Positions 1 through 13,900 of a stretch of DNA of 64,000 bases are shown piece by piece. A program made the position numbers and the translations under genes. The notes beneath the pieces were generated by a model that was not told the origin of the DNA, did not search any database, and worked only from the letters and a program-made list of their open reading frames with translations. The DNA is taken from assembly GCA_046563655.1 (NCBI GenBank), contig CM102286.1, forward strand, positions 930,001 through 994,000, read 5' to 3'. Each line of letters opens with the position of its first letter. Within the stretch, counting starts at the first letter, position 1. Origin of the DNA: Yuukianura sp. NJ FZ-2021 (lineage: Eukaryota).

Positions 1-77
1 GCTTTCTCCACTTCTCTCAACAAAAAAACTAAAATCTGCTCAAGTTACTCAAATCTGACAGTGGGAATCAGTCTTAC

Positions 78-228
78 TCTGCAATTGTAATAACCCTTGA
101 CCTCTCGAGGATTCGAACTCGCGGCCTTTGTCAAATGTTCTTGTCTCTTGAAATCGGGTGTGACACGTTCCTTGAAATATGCAAACGAGTTCCAGCTCCC
201 TCGGGAGTCTTCGTTTATGGCTCCAAAA
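78..228 (-). CDS. Possible internal exon of a minus-strand gene running off the window start (product unknown)
   Basis: 151-nt segment bounded by ttttcctag| and |gtaaga on the minus strand, open in two frames (e.g. FGAINEDSRGSWNSFAYFKERVTPDF...). A possible upstream exon lies near 795-1031. No recognisable domain. Confidence 0.25.
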
Positions 229-287
229 CTAGGAAAAATAAAGATTGACCTTTGACCTGTCATGGAACATGTACATTTACAACTTTA

Positions 288-360
288 AAATGAATTGCAT
301 TTGGACCAGCCTGTACATTTAGAACTGAAATGAATTGCATTTGGACCAGCCTGTACATTT
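288..360. repeat. Tandem duplication, 40-bp period (2 copies)
   Basis: aaatgaattgcatttggaccagcctgtacattt at 288-320 and 328-360. Confidence 0.9.
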
Positions 361-2600
361 TGATTGTTTAGGTTAATTTACTGGTGTAAAACGAAGTTTA
401 TAAGGAGCAGGAACTTAAGAGAGACACCGTTAGCATCCCAGCATGTGCAAATTCACATTTCCATATACGGAACCGCCTTCCAAGTTCAAAATCATGTTGG
501 AGATGTAACGAGATAGGATTGGGTTACACTGCTGTAAAAACAAATTTTCAAAAAAACATAAACTACCGAGAAGTTTTTTCGTCATGAGCTAAACTCAATT
601 TTTTGTGTTCAAAATGTGCGCCGTCCGAAAAGTTCCAAAAAAGTTAATTTTCTCCCAGAAAATTATTTCTAAGGTTTTGTATTCGCTGGGATTTGCGAGA
701 ATACACAAATTATGAAAAATTTGTGTGTTTTCGAAAACTTAAATTTGGAAAATTTTGATTTTGATGAAAATCCCATATTTTTTGTTTAGTATACTTTGAT
801 TGAGTGCGTAATTGCAGTCCAATCAACCAGATTCCTCTGACTGCTACTCCTTTTGTTTCTATTCTTCTGGGAGAAGGAGATGCAAAGAGCTTCATTAAAC
901 TTTTTTGTGCTTCTGATCATTAAAATGGTTGAAGTCAGGAAGATTAAAAACGGTTGAAGTAAAGAAGAAGTTGTACGATGTAACCACGGCAGTAGTGCAT
1001 TTGGTTGAAGATGAAGGTGATTAAAAGGCATCGTCTCTTCCTCATCTCCTGCCCTTGGCCTCTTCCTTCTTCGTACATCAATTAAATCCAGTCATTCGCG
1101 TGACTAGTTGTGTTTTTTTTTGCGTACAAGGCATAAGATGACCTCTGCCGTGAGGGCATTTTAGCAAAAACAACCAAACGAGATCACTTCATGCGGGTGG
1201 AATTTTTCTTGAATCTGGTTTTGAGCAATTAAAAAAACGAAAACTTCCTGGTTCATCAAAAAACAATTTCTGTCAAAATAATTTTGACTTTTTGAAAAGT
1301 AGGAATGGAGTGAGAGAAATTAGTGGGATTGTCTCGTATGAAATCAAATTGCAAATTTTTTTGTCTTTGCAATTTACACTTTTGGGAATTAACTTTCAGA
1401 AGACTGCACATTTTGCATACTGCAATTTTGAGAAAAGTGTGGCTCGTCTGCTAAGGATTTTGAAAATTTTATGATTTTGGAGAATATGAAAATTTTGAAA
1501 GTTTTTGGAGAACTTTCTCTTCTAAGCTGCTGCTTGACTGACTCTAACATGAGAAACTTTTATTCCCTAGTTTCCATGGCTTCATTTTCGTTTTTATGAA
1601 TAATGATGAAATAATTGAAGTTATGAACCCTCGTGCTCTTTTTCGAAAAAAAGTTTTCTCGTGTGCTAATCGCATCGGATTACTTTTAGTACTAAAAACT
1701 TTTTCATTAGAAAAGCACAAATTTTCATACTTTTCACTTTTTTCTCCTAAAGTTTTCTAAAAACCAGTTATGAGTTTCCTGTAGAAGGGAGTGACTAAAA
1801 GTTGAAATTATTTTCGAAATGAAGATTTTCCAATTTCAAAATTCCTAGAAACTGCTCCTCTTAGCTTAAGTTTTAATCTAACATTTTCCGTTATGTTAGT
1901 TAGGTTGGGCTCTCCATTGTTTTAATCAATAGGTTAGAAATGTTAATCGCTTTTCTCTGCAGCTAAGATTCCTATTTCCCAAAGAAAGCTTTTTGGGGAT
2001 AAAACATTAAGAGGGCAGAAAGTCATTAAACGATAAAATTATGAGATTGAATTTTCTCTTGCAACAGGAAAACGGCTTGGCTTTTGCGGAATCCGGGTTT
2101 CGATTTGGCCTAAAATTCATGCGAAAGACTAAAAAAAGTAGGTTTCATATTTCTGATGGTTTCGCTTGTGGACATTGTGGCTATAAGGTAGGTCCAGTGG
2201 TGAGGGAGAAAGTGGTTGCCTTGGAGATGGCAATGGTTTCCTATCCAAAGTCTCTGGGTTAGTGAGACGACGGCTGAGAAATGGAATAAGTACGTTTTTG
2301 ATAAGGCGGATAACAGCGTCTCTGCGTCCTTTTCACATTTCCGCATATCGATCCACTTTCACTAGCAGCGGTCACGGCTGCAAAAATTCCATATTCGACA
2401 AGCAAAAAACTTTTTTTTTTCTCAACTTACCCTAAAATTGAATTTATTTAAGAGACTAATTTTTTTTTTAAAGTAAGGAAACGTTAAAGTATGTTTCTGG
2501 TAAATACAGATTTCAAAGTTAATAAAAAATACATTAATGTATGTATTATAAAAATTATAAAAAATAATTATTTTTAAGTTTAATTAAAATTAAAAAAAAC

Positions 2601-2912
2601 AATTGCCGCGGACAGACGGACAGACAGACAGACAAGGTCAAACCATAAAGTAGCTTTCAATGTTTAGTAAAATACACATTTCAATGAACTTTTTGAATGT
2701 TTTTGAGGCGAATTTTTTCTGTCACTGCTGTTTTAAATTTACAAATTTAAAAATTAATCGCCGTGGACAGACGGACAGACAGACTAGACAAGGTCAAACC
2801 ATGAAGCAGCTTTTGCTGATTTTAGTAAAATTAACATTTTAATCAACTTTTTTGAATCTTTTGAAGTGATATTTTCATTTTTTTTGAATCTTTTGAAGTG
2901 ATATTTTCATTT
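2601..2912. repeat. Diverged ~155-bp tandem repeat with a (GACA/GACG)n microsatellite; possible Helentron/DINE-1-like relic
   Basis: Two copies of ggacagacggacagacagac...gacaaggtcaaacca...tttagtaaaat (about 2605 and 2760), plus a ~32-bp local duplication (tttgaatcttttgaagtgatattttcattt) at 2850-2912. GTCY-type microsatellites are typical of DINE-1/HINE elements. Confidence 0.55.
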
Positions 2913-5900
2913 CGGTGTGGATAAAGTTTTGTAATTTTTGCAAAATGTGTTTTACACGTGTTTTGTGTCTTTCTAAAAATTTTTTAAAATTCCATGTTTT
3001 TTTAAATTTAAAGGATGTCGTGCCTGTTGGAATGAGGCATGGAATTGAGTAAAATCTGGACAATGGTTTTCGTGCGTTCTCAAACACTTTGTCTGTGGAG
3101 TGTTGCATGTTGTGGGCCTATTTGCAGATTCATAATAATTCAGTGTTGCAGAAATGATTTGGAATGGTGTGCTTCTCATGTCGTCATGTAATGGATGTTG
3201 CAGCTTAAGTTCTTTCCCTTTTATTCATCCATTTCCTACTCCTGCTTCAACTAAACGTTATTTGCATCCAAGTAAAAGTGGGATTTTTGAAATGGAGAGG
3301 ATGAAAGCGGGAATTCCGTTTTACGGTTTCCTCCTCCTCCGTTTTGTGGTACATTTTTTTAAAAAGAAGTTCAAGAGTTGATGTTTTTCTTGAAAGTCGC
3401 GTACATAGGGGACTTGACACGCAAGAACAATTGACAAGGGAGGAGGGTTGTAATGACAGGGCATTTCCTGTCGTCTTCTTGATGATCACTATCCAACATC
3501 ACAGTAATCTCCATGGCAACACACCTTTTCCACGCTCAGGTCAACCACGAACTGAGGTCACGACGAGGTTATACGAATTTTCAAAGCTAGCCTGAGAGGA
3601 ATCTTGAAACTTTTCAGGTTTTGAAGTTTTTGACTTCAAAAAACTGAGAAAATGTAAATTGGTTTCAGGCTGGAACGATTTTGAAACCGAAAACATCTAA
3701 TGGCGTTTTGGATGGAAATGATGATAGCTGGCTTTTTTTTTCTTTTTCTTTTTTACTGTTTTTTTTTACCCGGGAGAGGTGTTTTTGTTGTTTTAGGAGA
3801 AAAGGAAAGCGGGAAGAAGCCTAATGGAAGAGGAAACATTAAGTTCATTGTACTTTTAAAATAGAAGAGGGAAAGTGTCATTGGTTGATCCCTGGAAATA
3901 GTCTAACCTTTTGTTTTTTGCCGCATCCTGCTGGGTGCGGCGCAAACCTCTTCTTCCTTTATCTATTTAGTTGATGAGCCTCATTTCTTTCGCACTCTGG
4001 GAAAATTACGAAGCATTAGTCTCCCTGGTATCTTTCCTTTTCACTTGATTCATTCCACCACAGCAAGAATAGCATAGGGTTCACTTTTCCTCGGAATAGC
4101 AGAACACAGGGCTACACTATTCCTAAGTGAAGCAGAAATGCAGTGAACCTGAAGGTTTCTACAGAATTTTACACCGTTGGGTTAACCTTTGGAAGTGTAG
4201 AAAAAGGAATTTGTACAAGTGAGCAGAGAGGAGTTTCAAAATGAGCACAGAGGGAATTTTACCTTGGTAAAATTACTACCAATTTTCTCTTTCCTTGCTT
4301 TTCCTTACTAGAATGTAGAAAAGAGCCTTGGAACTTCTAAACTTTCACTTCCTGAATTAAATTTTTGGCGGGAGAGTTCAAAAAACATGAAACAAGGAGC
4401 CAAAAAATGCATCCGGAGAAAGCCCAACCTTCACCTTGCACAATTTTCCTTGAAAATGCATTTTCCCTCTCTTTCTTTTTTTTTAAATTGGAAGTTTTCA
4501 TGTTGCAACTTTTAAACATCGTGTTCCTTGCTAATTGGCTGAATCCAAAATGTATATTTTGTTACACAAAAGTTGTGTATTTTGAGCTTTACTTGTGTCA
4601 AAATCATTTTCGAAAAAAAATTGTGTTGTAGGACTGAGATCATTAACTTCTGTCGTGGAGTAAATGGATGAAGAAAATATTTTTGACTAAATAAGGAACA
4701 AACGATGTGGTTTTTGAATAAGAGCGCGCAGTTTGATACTTTTGCTTTTGTATTTTTTGGTCCATCTGGATGAGCGTCTGTTTTAAACAGCTTTTGAAGA
4801 TCAAATTTCAAAAATGGCCGCCACTGTATCATGTTCTACAAACCTTGAAAATCTCAATTTCTGAAAAAATGTGTTGTTCCATCACAGTGTGATTTACTTT
4901 AAAAATGCTTTTGTTGCACATTTTCAAAAAAAAAGTTTTGGTTGAAATCAAGTCTAGAAAAATTTAAGCCTCCAACAAAGTTACAAATCTCAGAGTTGGA
5001 GAGATTTCGACTTTTGAAATTAAGAGGGAGCAGCAAAGTGGGATTTAAAATTTTTTCCAAGGTCTTGCAGTAATTAATTGAAATTCGAGTCAGGAACAGG
5101 ATATTGCAGCTTCACAAGACACAAAAGTACAACTTTTCTTATACGTTTTAACTTTTTTTCGTGTAACGCAAACTGTTGTGTTTGGGAAACAGCAAGAGTT
5201 TTTAAACCTGTGCAGAGTTTGTGAGTTTTGTAACGACCCTGCAGTTGTAAAAACACAAGTTGATTGCCAACTGAAACAAACCAAGAGACTTCCAGCTGAA
5301 CTTGTCCCATCTTCATTGTCTTGATCAAGATTTTCAAAACAAAACAGGAAAGGTGAAGGTTGTTTTTCAAAAAAAAAAGTTTTCAAAATGACTCTGCTTT
5401 TTTGTTTTGCTGTCCGGTAGGTATCAAGTGAATTTTCACCTGCGCAGGTACTGAATAAAGTAACAAAAAATGAAGAAAACAAAAGAGAGAGAGGCAGATG
5501 GCAAGCGTAGGAAAATCAAAAAGTGGAGAGTTTCTTCCAGTAATTGATGCGTTTCACCTTCATTATCCTTCCAACTTGTTGGTTCTGCTTTTCAGTTTTT
5601 TTGGTTTGTTTTTCATTTTTTCATTTTGGTTGTAGCAGAAGTAATTTTGAGGGAAGTTCTGGAAGGAAACCATGAGAAAGAAACTGAATCTGTAATTTTT
5701 TTTTGAAAATGAAGAATCACATGTTATAGGGTTGAAAATAATTTGAAGATCAGACATGGAGGAACACGAGATTTAGTTTTACGAAAAAAGCAGACATTGA
5801 ATTTAGTTTTTTTGAAAAAGAAAAGAAACTGGAATTTAGTTTTTGGCAATAAAATTTTTGAATTTTAAAACTGGTGCCGATTGTTTATGAGAGGACAATT

Positions 5901-7808
5901 AATTAATTTACGGTCAAAAACCTTGCGGAACCAAACGGTGGAAATAAGAAATGAAAAAAATTTGAAAAAGTGGAAATACAACTTTTTTGATTTTGTGTTT
6001 TCTTAAGGTGTACAAAAAATGAGAGTAGTTTGATAAATTGTGTTTTTTGAAAAAAGACTTACGGAGATCATAAAAGTTTGAGAGTAATGAGAACGGAGAG
6101 GGAAGATTTGAAAATTGAAGTGGTGGATTAATGTGAGCCACCATTTTTGGTTAATTAACTTTTAACTGTATCAAATCCCATTTAAAGCTCGAGTTTAAGT
6201 GAGCCACCGCCCCTTGTTTTTTTTTTTCGTTTTTGAAAAATTTAGTTCACGTGGAAAATGGTTTAGCACCAAAATTTTGTTAATAAAGATGGGAGATTGT
6301 AAGTTTTTGAATGGGAAGGCAGTGGACTGTGGGCCATTTCAAGAAAATTATGGAAACGCTCTAATTTATGGCCATGAATCAAGTGGAAATTGGAAGTGGA
6401 AAGTAGTTAAACACTTTATTGGGAAAATGATCCCATTTAAATGTTGGACCACTTTGGCAAATGTGGTGATTGGAATGCGCAGGCGCAGTGAGTTGTGGTA
6501 CTAATGGCCAGGGAGGGACGCAATGCGCAGAAGTAGCTGTAAAGGAGGCGTTTTTTGCCAAAGTGTTTGTATTATTAAGTGAAGAAATAAACAAAAACGT
6601 GAGAACGTGACGAAGATCTGTATCGGAACAAAAGTGATTGAGAAACAAAAAAGATGCGTGTTAAGGACAAGATACAGTTTCAATCCGTTTTTATTGATTT
6701 CAAACTTTTCAAAAGCAATTTCGAAGCTTCCGTTATAAAATTTTGAAAAAAAAAGTACATTTTTAAATCTCTGAATTGGTGAAGGTTTTGGAGTTTACTG
6801 AAGGAGAAGATTGCGGATTTGTGAATTTGATGAAATAGGATTTAAGATTTCAACTTTGTAATTTGTTGAATTTGTTTTGGATTTAGCTAGAGTCGATTGG
6901 AGAAAGTGTGATTAAGGGAAGGATTAAGTAGTTTGTAGTTTATAATTAACTTTAATTAATTAATTTTAAGGTAAGGGCTTATGTATTCGGATGGAGTGTT
7001 GAGGCGATTAAGAGTTCTTTGCAGAAAGTCTGAAGGTAAAGAGAAAGTAAACGAAGCAAAGAAGCGATTTTGAGCGGACTTTCACCCAACTTTTGAAACT
7101 TTTCAACTGTAAAGGCTAAGCTTTGAAGTAGGAAGGTGCTGCGTTGCTGTGGACAACGGCATGAAAGTCTTGAGCTTAATAGGACCAGCTTAAGTTTTGA
7201 ATGGAAGGCGCGAATTAGTTTCACAAGGTACACAAGGTCTCACTGTTGTCAGTAAAGTTTATGAGAAAATCAGGAAATTTCGGAATTTCAAATTTCTGAA
7301 AACTGAAATTCCATTGCATAGTTAGTTTTTGCTACTTTGTTTGGTCTTTGGTAGAATGTTCGCGGTGAACAGGCCTTCTATGCTGAATTTTGAGAGAAAA
7401 TTTTGCTAGGGTTTGACTGAATTTTTCATCAAATGGAGGAATGCTAGGCTTGAACAGGTTTTCTGAAATTTTGAATTTGGACATTTTTTGAAATTGTCTT
7501 ATTCATTTTTGAAGAGAGGTTTAAAATTTGACTAGAAAGAAGGTTGGAGTTTCTTTTTGAGAATTCTATTATTTATGGACATTAAGCCGTAGCATGGTTT
7601 TGCATAATACATTTCTCATCATGTTTTCTCTCTTCCTCTGCAAAATTATTTTCACCTTTAACACTTCCGTGCTCTTCCTCCCATTTATTTTGGTTTACAA
7701 ACATAAGGAAACTGTATGGAAACATAGTGAAAGTGTCTGTCTGTCCGTCCGTCTCGCCAAAATTTTGGATTACTTCCATGTTTAACTTGATGTGAGTACT
7801 TTTATGGA

Positions 7809-7908
7809 NNNNNNNNNNNNNNNNNNNNNNNNNNNNNNNNNNNNNNNNNNNNNNNNNNNNNNNNNNNNNNNNNNNNNNNNNNNNNNNNNNNNNNNNNNNN
7901 NNNNNNNN
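7809..7908. other. Assembly gap (100 N)
   Basis: Run of 100 N; tacttttatgga occurs on both flanks. Confidence 1.
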
Positions 7909-10900
7909 CTTCGTTTGAATACTTTTATGGAGTTGAGATTTATTGAAGTAAGTAAATTTTTTTTTGAAAATTTGGAACATTTTCGTAAATTTGTGATTTT
8001 GCGACTTTTCTTGCTTCTTAGTATAAATATTGACAGAATTTAAACTCAACTTTAGTATGTCAGAGAGAGAGAAAGTTGCAGATATTGCAAAAGTGACAAC
8101 ATGTTGAGATGTGATTTATTTGAGGACTCTTCCGGAGCCCTTGAGGGCCTTACGTTGTGCCATATTCTCAACTGTCTGTTGACAGAAGAAGGAAAAACTT
8201 AAGGCTGAGTTGTGCTCCACATTTTTATATAAATTTTTTCAATTTTTTCCATTTTGGTGGAGCTTCTAGGCAAAAAAAGTTTGCGAGGAAGTTGGAGGCG
8301 GATGGGAATGCGAAAGCGGATTTTTGTAAGTTTGTGGTGCAGTGGTGGAGATTTGGGTTGTGGTCTGAACATGTGAGTGTAGAGCCGCATTAGTCATACT
8401 CCCCGTGACATTCTGTGGAAAAAGTAGGAAGGGAGAGGCCCTTGAAGGGCCCTTGAACAGACGAAAGTTGGCCAGAAGGAATAAGAAGCTTCCTCTCTCT
8501 GGAACTGACTTCATTATCACATGCTGTGACAATTTGTAAATGCCAAAATCCCCTTGGCCTCGTTATGCCTCTTCCCTTTGATTCCCTCCAAGTCTTCTCC
8601 CAAACCACAATTCCAAGGTTCCAGAAAGAAACTGCTCCCGCTTCACTTGGACAGATTTGAATTCAAACCTTCCCGTGCTTTCTCGAAACCACAAGGAGAC
8701 GGAATTAGCGTCAGTTGTCATAAGACAGACACGGATCACTTTTTCTACAAACGCTCCATTCCAATCCCAAACTTTACTGAAATGGAGCTCCAAAAAATCC
8801 TAACCTCGAAAATAATGTTTCAAAACTAAGCCTTTTCAAATTCTCAAAATAACGCAACGAGAAGATAGAAAAATGTAACAATTTTCTCTTGTCCACTTAC
8901 CCCAAGGTTTGTACACAACAAAGTAGTTTTTCTTCACAGGTTATGCAGTAAGTCGCTCTCATCTTTTATTTTTCTCCTCGAAATTTCAAAATTTGAAACA
9001 CATAAAGTTAACTTTCGATGCATTTGAAATTTTTGCTCGGATTTTTTTTTATTCATTTTTAACGTTCAGTTTGGTACAAACTTTTACATTTTTGAACAAA
9101 AACAACTCTGGGTGAAATTTTGGTGGAACAAAAGTTTGGGCGAGATGTTTTAAAAATGGGAGTTATTGCCTAATCTATTCAAGTAAAACTATTTCGTTGC
9201 TACAGGAACCTTTCTCTTTTTTTTGAAAGAAGTGTCAGGAGATGGAATTAATTGAACCGCTCTGTCTGTGGGTTGTGCTGATTTTGGGAGAAAACATTAA
9301 GAAGAAAGTTCTCGGTCGGTCTGTGTCTGATTGTCGTCCATCCGTCTTTATGTCGTCCACGAGAGGAAAAAAGAGGGAAAGTGGATGAGAATAGACTTGA
9401 GGGAGATAGTGACTAACTGACTCCTTGACGGACACCTTCTGGTTTTGTGTCCATGTCCGATGTTGACTCTGAGCAGAAAGTAATCCGGAGAAAGCAGACT
9501 TTCTCCTCCCGTTTCTTACGGTCGTTGGAGGGGATAAGCTTTTTTGTTTTCTGTTTTCCTCAAAGTAGAATTTTTTTGAAACGCGTGTTTTTTTCTGCTG
9601 CGCTAGAAAAAGTTAAGGAGTCGACGCGCTTGAAAGAACTTTTGAGCCTCTCTTGAGCCTTAACTTTTCCATTTCTGCATTTTCTCACATACAACGTCTG
9701 TTGTTTTTTTTTTCTTTTTTGGTTGAGTAAACACCGAAAAATAAGCAAACAGGTGGGAGGAATACATTTTGAGAGGGATTTTCGAAATGGCTTTGGAATT
9801 AAAGTTTCAAAATTCAAAACACACAATTTTTAGTTTCTAAAAGTTAAACCGTTTCTAAAAAACAAGTTTGAATAGAATATTTTCGTTTTCAAAAGGCATA
9901 ACCTACCCTAAGGTAATTTTTGTTGCTGCTTTTACAAATATTTGCTTTGCTGAAATTGATGTGTCGCAATATTTGTTAGAAATTGGGCAACTTTGTTGTT
10001 GCTTTTCAAAAAAATTGAATATTGAACAGACAGCTTAGCATCGCCCCGATTTTGTCAGTTTAAATTGAAAAACATGGAGTTTTTTAAAAAAAAAATTTTT
10101 CAAAATTTTGTGTCTCTTCTGCTTTTCATTTGAGGAAACTGGCGTTCATAACGAGAAATGTTTTGCAACATTCAGTCAAGTTTTTCTTGTGTGCCTTCAT
10201 CCTCCAAAATCAGACATGGAAAAGCTCAATTCAATTTTTGTATGTACACAAATTTGAAATTTGGAATTCAAACAACTGTATGCTTTCGCTTCCTCGATCT
10301 AACTTTTTCAAATTTTGAGTTTAGAAACCTCAAAAGTTTTTGGTTTAGTGAATACATTAACCTCGTTTTGAAACTTCAGTTTTTGAATTTAGCCAAACAG
10401 GAAGTTTGGAAAGTTGACCTTGTGGAAAGCGTAATTTGTGAACAGCTTCGCTTTTGTTCCAAAAGACAGAATTTGTGTGTCGTTTGGTTGGGAGTGATTC
10501 AATAGTTGGAGTCCAAAGTTAATTAGTGTCAGACCAAATGGCACTGCCAATCTACTGACTTCCAGTTGTTGGTTTAGGCTTAACTAAAGCCAGAAGTGCT
10601 GTAACTCAGTCAGTCACTAACCAAAAGTTCCAAATCACCAGATGATGAAAACGACTGGAAAAGAACAAAATTCCTTCCATACAGTCCCAATTGGGTGCTA
10701 GAGAACAAAACGAGGCTTTTGGAAGGGAAAAAAAGAGAGAAAAGTTACCGTTTTCCAAGAAAAACTTATTTGGAAACTCTTCTGTCGTAAAATTGGGATT
10801 CAGTTGGTTGCAGTTTGGTTAGAAATTTTGAATTTTGGAGCCTAATTTTAGTTTCGAAAGAGAACAACCCCGGTGAGTCCCATTCAAAATGTTGAGTTTT

Positions 10901-13900
10901 AAGTAGAGTTGACATTGAAAATGGAGATGTCACTGTGTTCATAAATATGTCATTCACTGTTCATTGATTCCTCCCTGCGTAGTTACAATTAGACTGAACT
11001 TTATTTGACAAAGACTAGGCGCAGTTTGGGAAGAAATATTTACGTTAACACACAAATTTAAAAAAAAAAGTTTTCCCAAAATATTTTTGAAAAACTAACA
11101 TTCTGTTGCAACAGAAATAAATCTTGGACAAAACTAAAAAAACGAAGATGATGGATGATGGTATTTTTGTTAATATTTTTTCCAGTTCATTTTTTTTTGT
11201 TAAACCAACAATCCGGTTGCTTTCACTTTCGGCCTAAGGCCATTTTTGTGCAAAAATGAGCTCGGATTGGCGAATTCGCAGTTGCGCATGGGCAGAACTA
11301 TCAGTTTGAGCAAAGTAGACTCAACAAGGAATGTCTAATTGGATCTCCTGAATCACGTCTGCACTTCCGCAAGGGCTCTTCTGGTCATCAGACCGTTGGA
11401 GAAGCCTTTCTAGAGTGGATTCCTGGCTGGAGGGCCAAAGATACTCCTGGAATGTGGTCCAAAAACCAATAAAGGGAACATGGACGAGCATTTCTCCTTT
11501 TCCCGCCACTTTTTGAAGTCGTTCAAATAATTCGTGTGCCATTCCAACTGCTCGTTCGACTCCACTTTGTTTTTCTCTCTTCTTGGAAATAATTTGTAAG
11601 CTCCGTGTCAATTTCTTGTTACAATTTGTGGAGATGATGATTATGTAAAAGCCTTTCTCTTCAACTTTTCTTTGAAGTTGGAAATTTGGGCCAGAGGCTG
11701 CTCCTAACATAAATCCCAACTTAAAGTTGAATCTGCAACATGTGTAACACTTTCTCCTCGCTTTATCTTTTTTTTTGTGTGTAAGATATTTCAATGAAAT
11801 TGATGAAAAGAGAAAGGATTTCCTCCGTGATTGTTCAAAATCTTTTCATAAAAGAAGAGAAAAGACTTTCAAAAGATGAATAGCTAGTTTCGAATTCAAA
11901 ATTTCCTACTAGGAAGAGGATTTTTTGGGAAAGCAAAAGGAATTATGAGAGAATGCTGCTAGGTCATCTGTTGAATATTTTTCAAAAATTAAGGAAGAAT
12001 TTGAACTTCGAATTCAAAACAGCGAACTTTTAACGGCAGGCTAAGTAAAGCGAGTACTGCAGTAATGTTTGTTGGAGTTGCGCAGTGGAAGTATTTTTTA
12101 AGAACGTAAGAAGTGCATTTTTGTGACATTTTTTGACAGAGACTGGTATTGAATTAGATGCGGTTTGTTCTGATTGAGTGCTTTCACTTTACTTTCTTGA
12201 TTTGGTCTTTGGATGACGAAAAGTCAAGTGGAGTTGGCACTAGTAGAAGAAGCGCCTAATATCATTTTTAGGTTAGGTTGTTAAGAAATAGTGTATAGTG
12301 GTCTTGTCTGACTCAATAAGGAAAGTGTTGAAATAGTAGTTGGATGCACTCGGCATTGCCAGCGACACTTTATGAGACTTCTTTTATAAAGAGAAAGTCA
12401 GAAACAGAACAAAAGATGCTACGTTCTGCTCGACTTTTTTTCACTCTTCTAGAAGAAGAGCTGCATTTTTTGTTACTTTTTGTACATTGATTCATCTGCT
12501 TCTTTTTTATCAAGAAAGTACAAAAAGTTTTCTGATTTTTGATTTCGGCCAGGCTTTTGTTCACGAAGAATTGGAAAATTTGTCATTTCAGGGTTTTGGC
12601 TTAATGGAAAATTTTGAAAGATGAAAATTTTAAGTTTAACAATGGAGTGTTGAAGTCAGAAGGCAAAAATGGACTTTTTTCATATTCAGAAATTTCCGAT
12701 GTTAAATTTTTTGTGTCTCCTGTTTTCGAAATTCTGAGATTAGTTTTTTGAATAGAAATTTTAGAATTTTTTTTGTTTATTTGAAAAATAAGGTGAGATT
12801 TTGGTGTTACATGACTTGAATTATTTCAAAGCGCAGGAGAGGAACCTAAAGCTGTGTGATGCGTTTAGCTCTTAAAAGGAAATTCCTTGGAGATCAGGAA
12901 TTTTAAATCTCGTGCCAGAAATAATTGCACTTTGCAACTGTATGGGGAGAGTTGAAATTTTATGTTGGTCGTATATTTTGGTAGAATTATTTTTGGGGGT
13001 TAAAGAGAAAAGTAAAGCTCATGTGAAGACGTCCACCTGGGGAGTAACAAATTTTGAAATAATTCGAAAATTCCATACGCACGCGCCAAAAATAAAAACT
13101 AAAACTGTAGCGAGTAAAAACTTTTTTTTAAATTATGAAACCTAGAGCAATTAAAATGTGAGTTGTACTATCTTATCTCTCCATAAGAGGTTGAAGAGGG
13201 AGTTAATGAGGAAATCCAGTTGGTTTTCAAATTGGAATAAGAGTGTGTATGTCTCTTTTCTCCCATTTTTCAACTCCTTCTCTCTCTATCTTCTTTTCAA
13301 ATCTTTTCTCCCGCTCTTTTTTTTTCTCAGAAGAGAGCGGGAAAAAAAGTTTGAAAAAGAAGTCACCTCTACACCCATTTTTTTTTCAAAGTTCTCTTAT
13401 GAAAGTGTTGGAAGGGGGAGAGAAGAGGAAGAGAAAGTTGAAAGTATTTCATTTTTAAACGAGACACAAATCACTTTGTGCTCGGTCAAGCAGAATCTTT
13501 TTAGAAACTCTTTTTCTATTGAGTTTCTCCTCTGCCCAACTCCGTTCCTCCTCCAATTCCTTATCCCCCTTATTTAACAATTCTCCAACTTTCTCCTCTT
13601 ATCGTACTGCCAAAGAGAAAAGAAAAAGGAGGGAGATTTTAAAAAACTTTTATAAAGAATCTATTCTTTTGTCATGGTCTTAACTTCTAAAGGTTTTGAC
13701 TAAAAGCGAACAATTTATACATTTTTGAAATTTTTAAAAATGTTGAAAGAATTTCCTGATAGAAGTGTCAGTCTGAGACGGTTGAGGGGGGTCACACTTG
13801 TCTGATCTATGTCACTTCAAGGGGAATTGACACTGAAGTGTTGTGAAATTTTGAAATTTGAAATTGTAAAGGAATGCCGCTTTAAAATTCAAAAATTCTT

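Noticed and set aside
7582..8049. ORFs spanning the N run
   Set aside because: Artefacts of the assembly gap.
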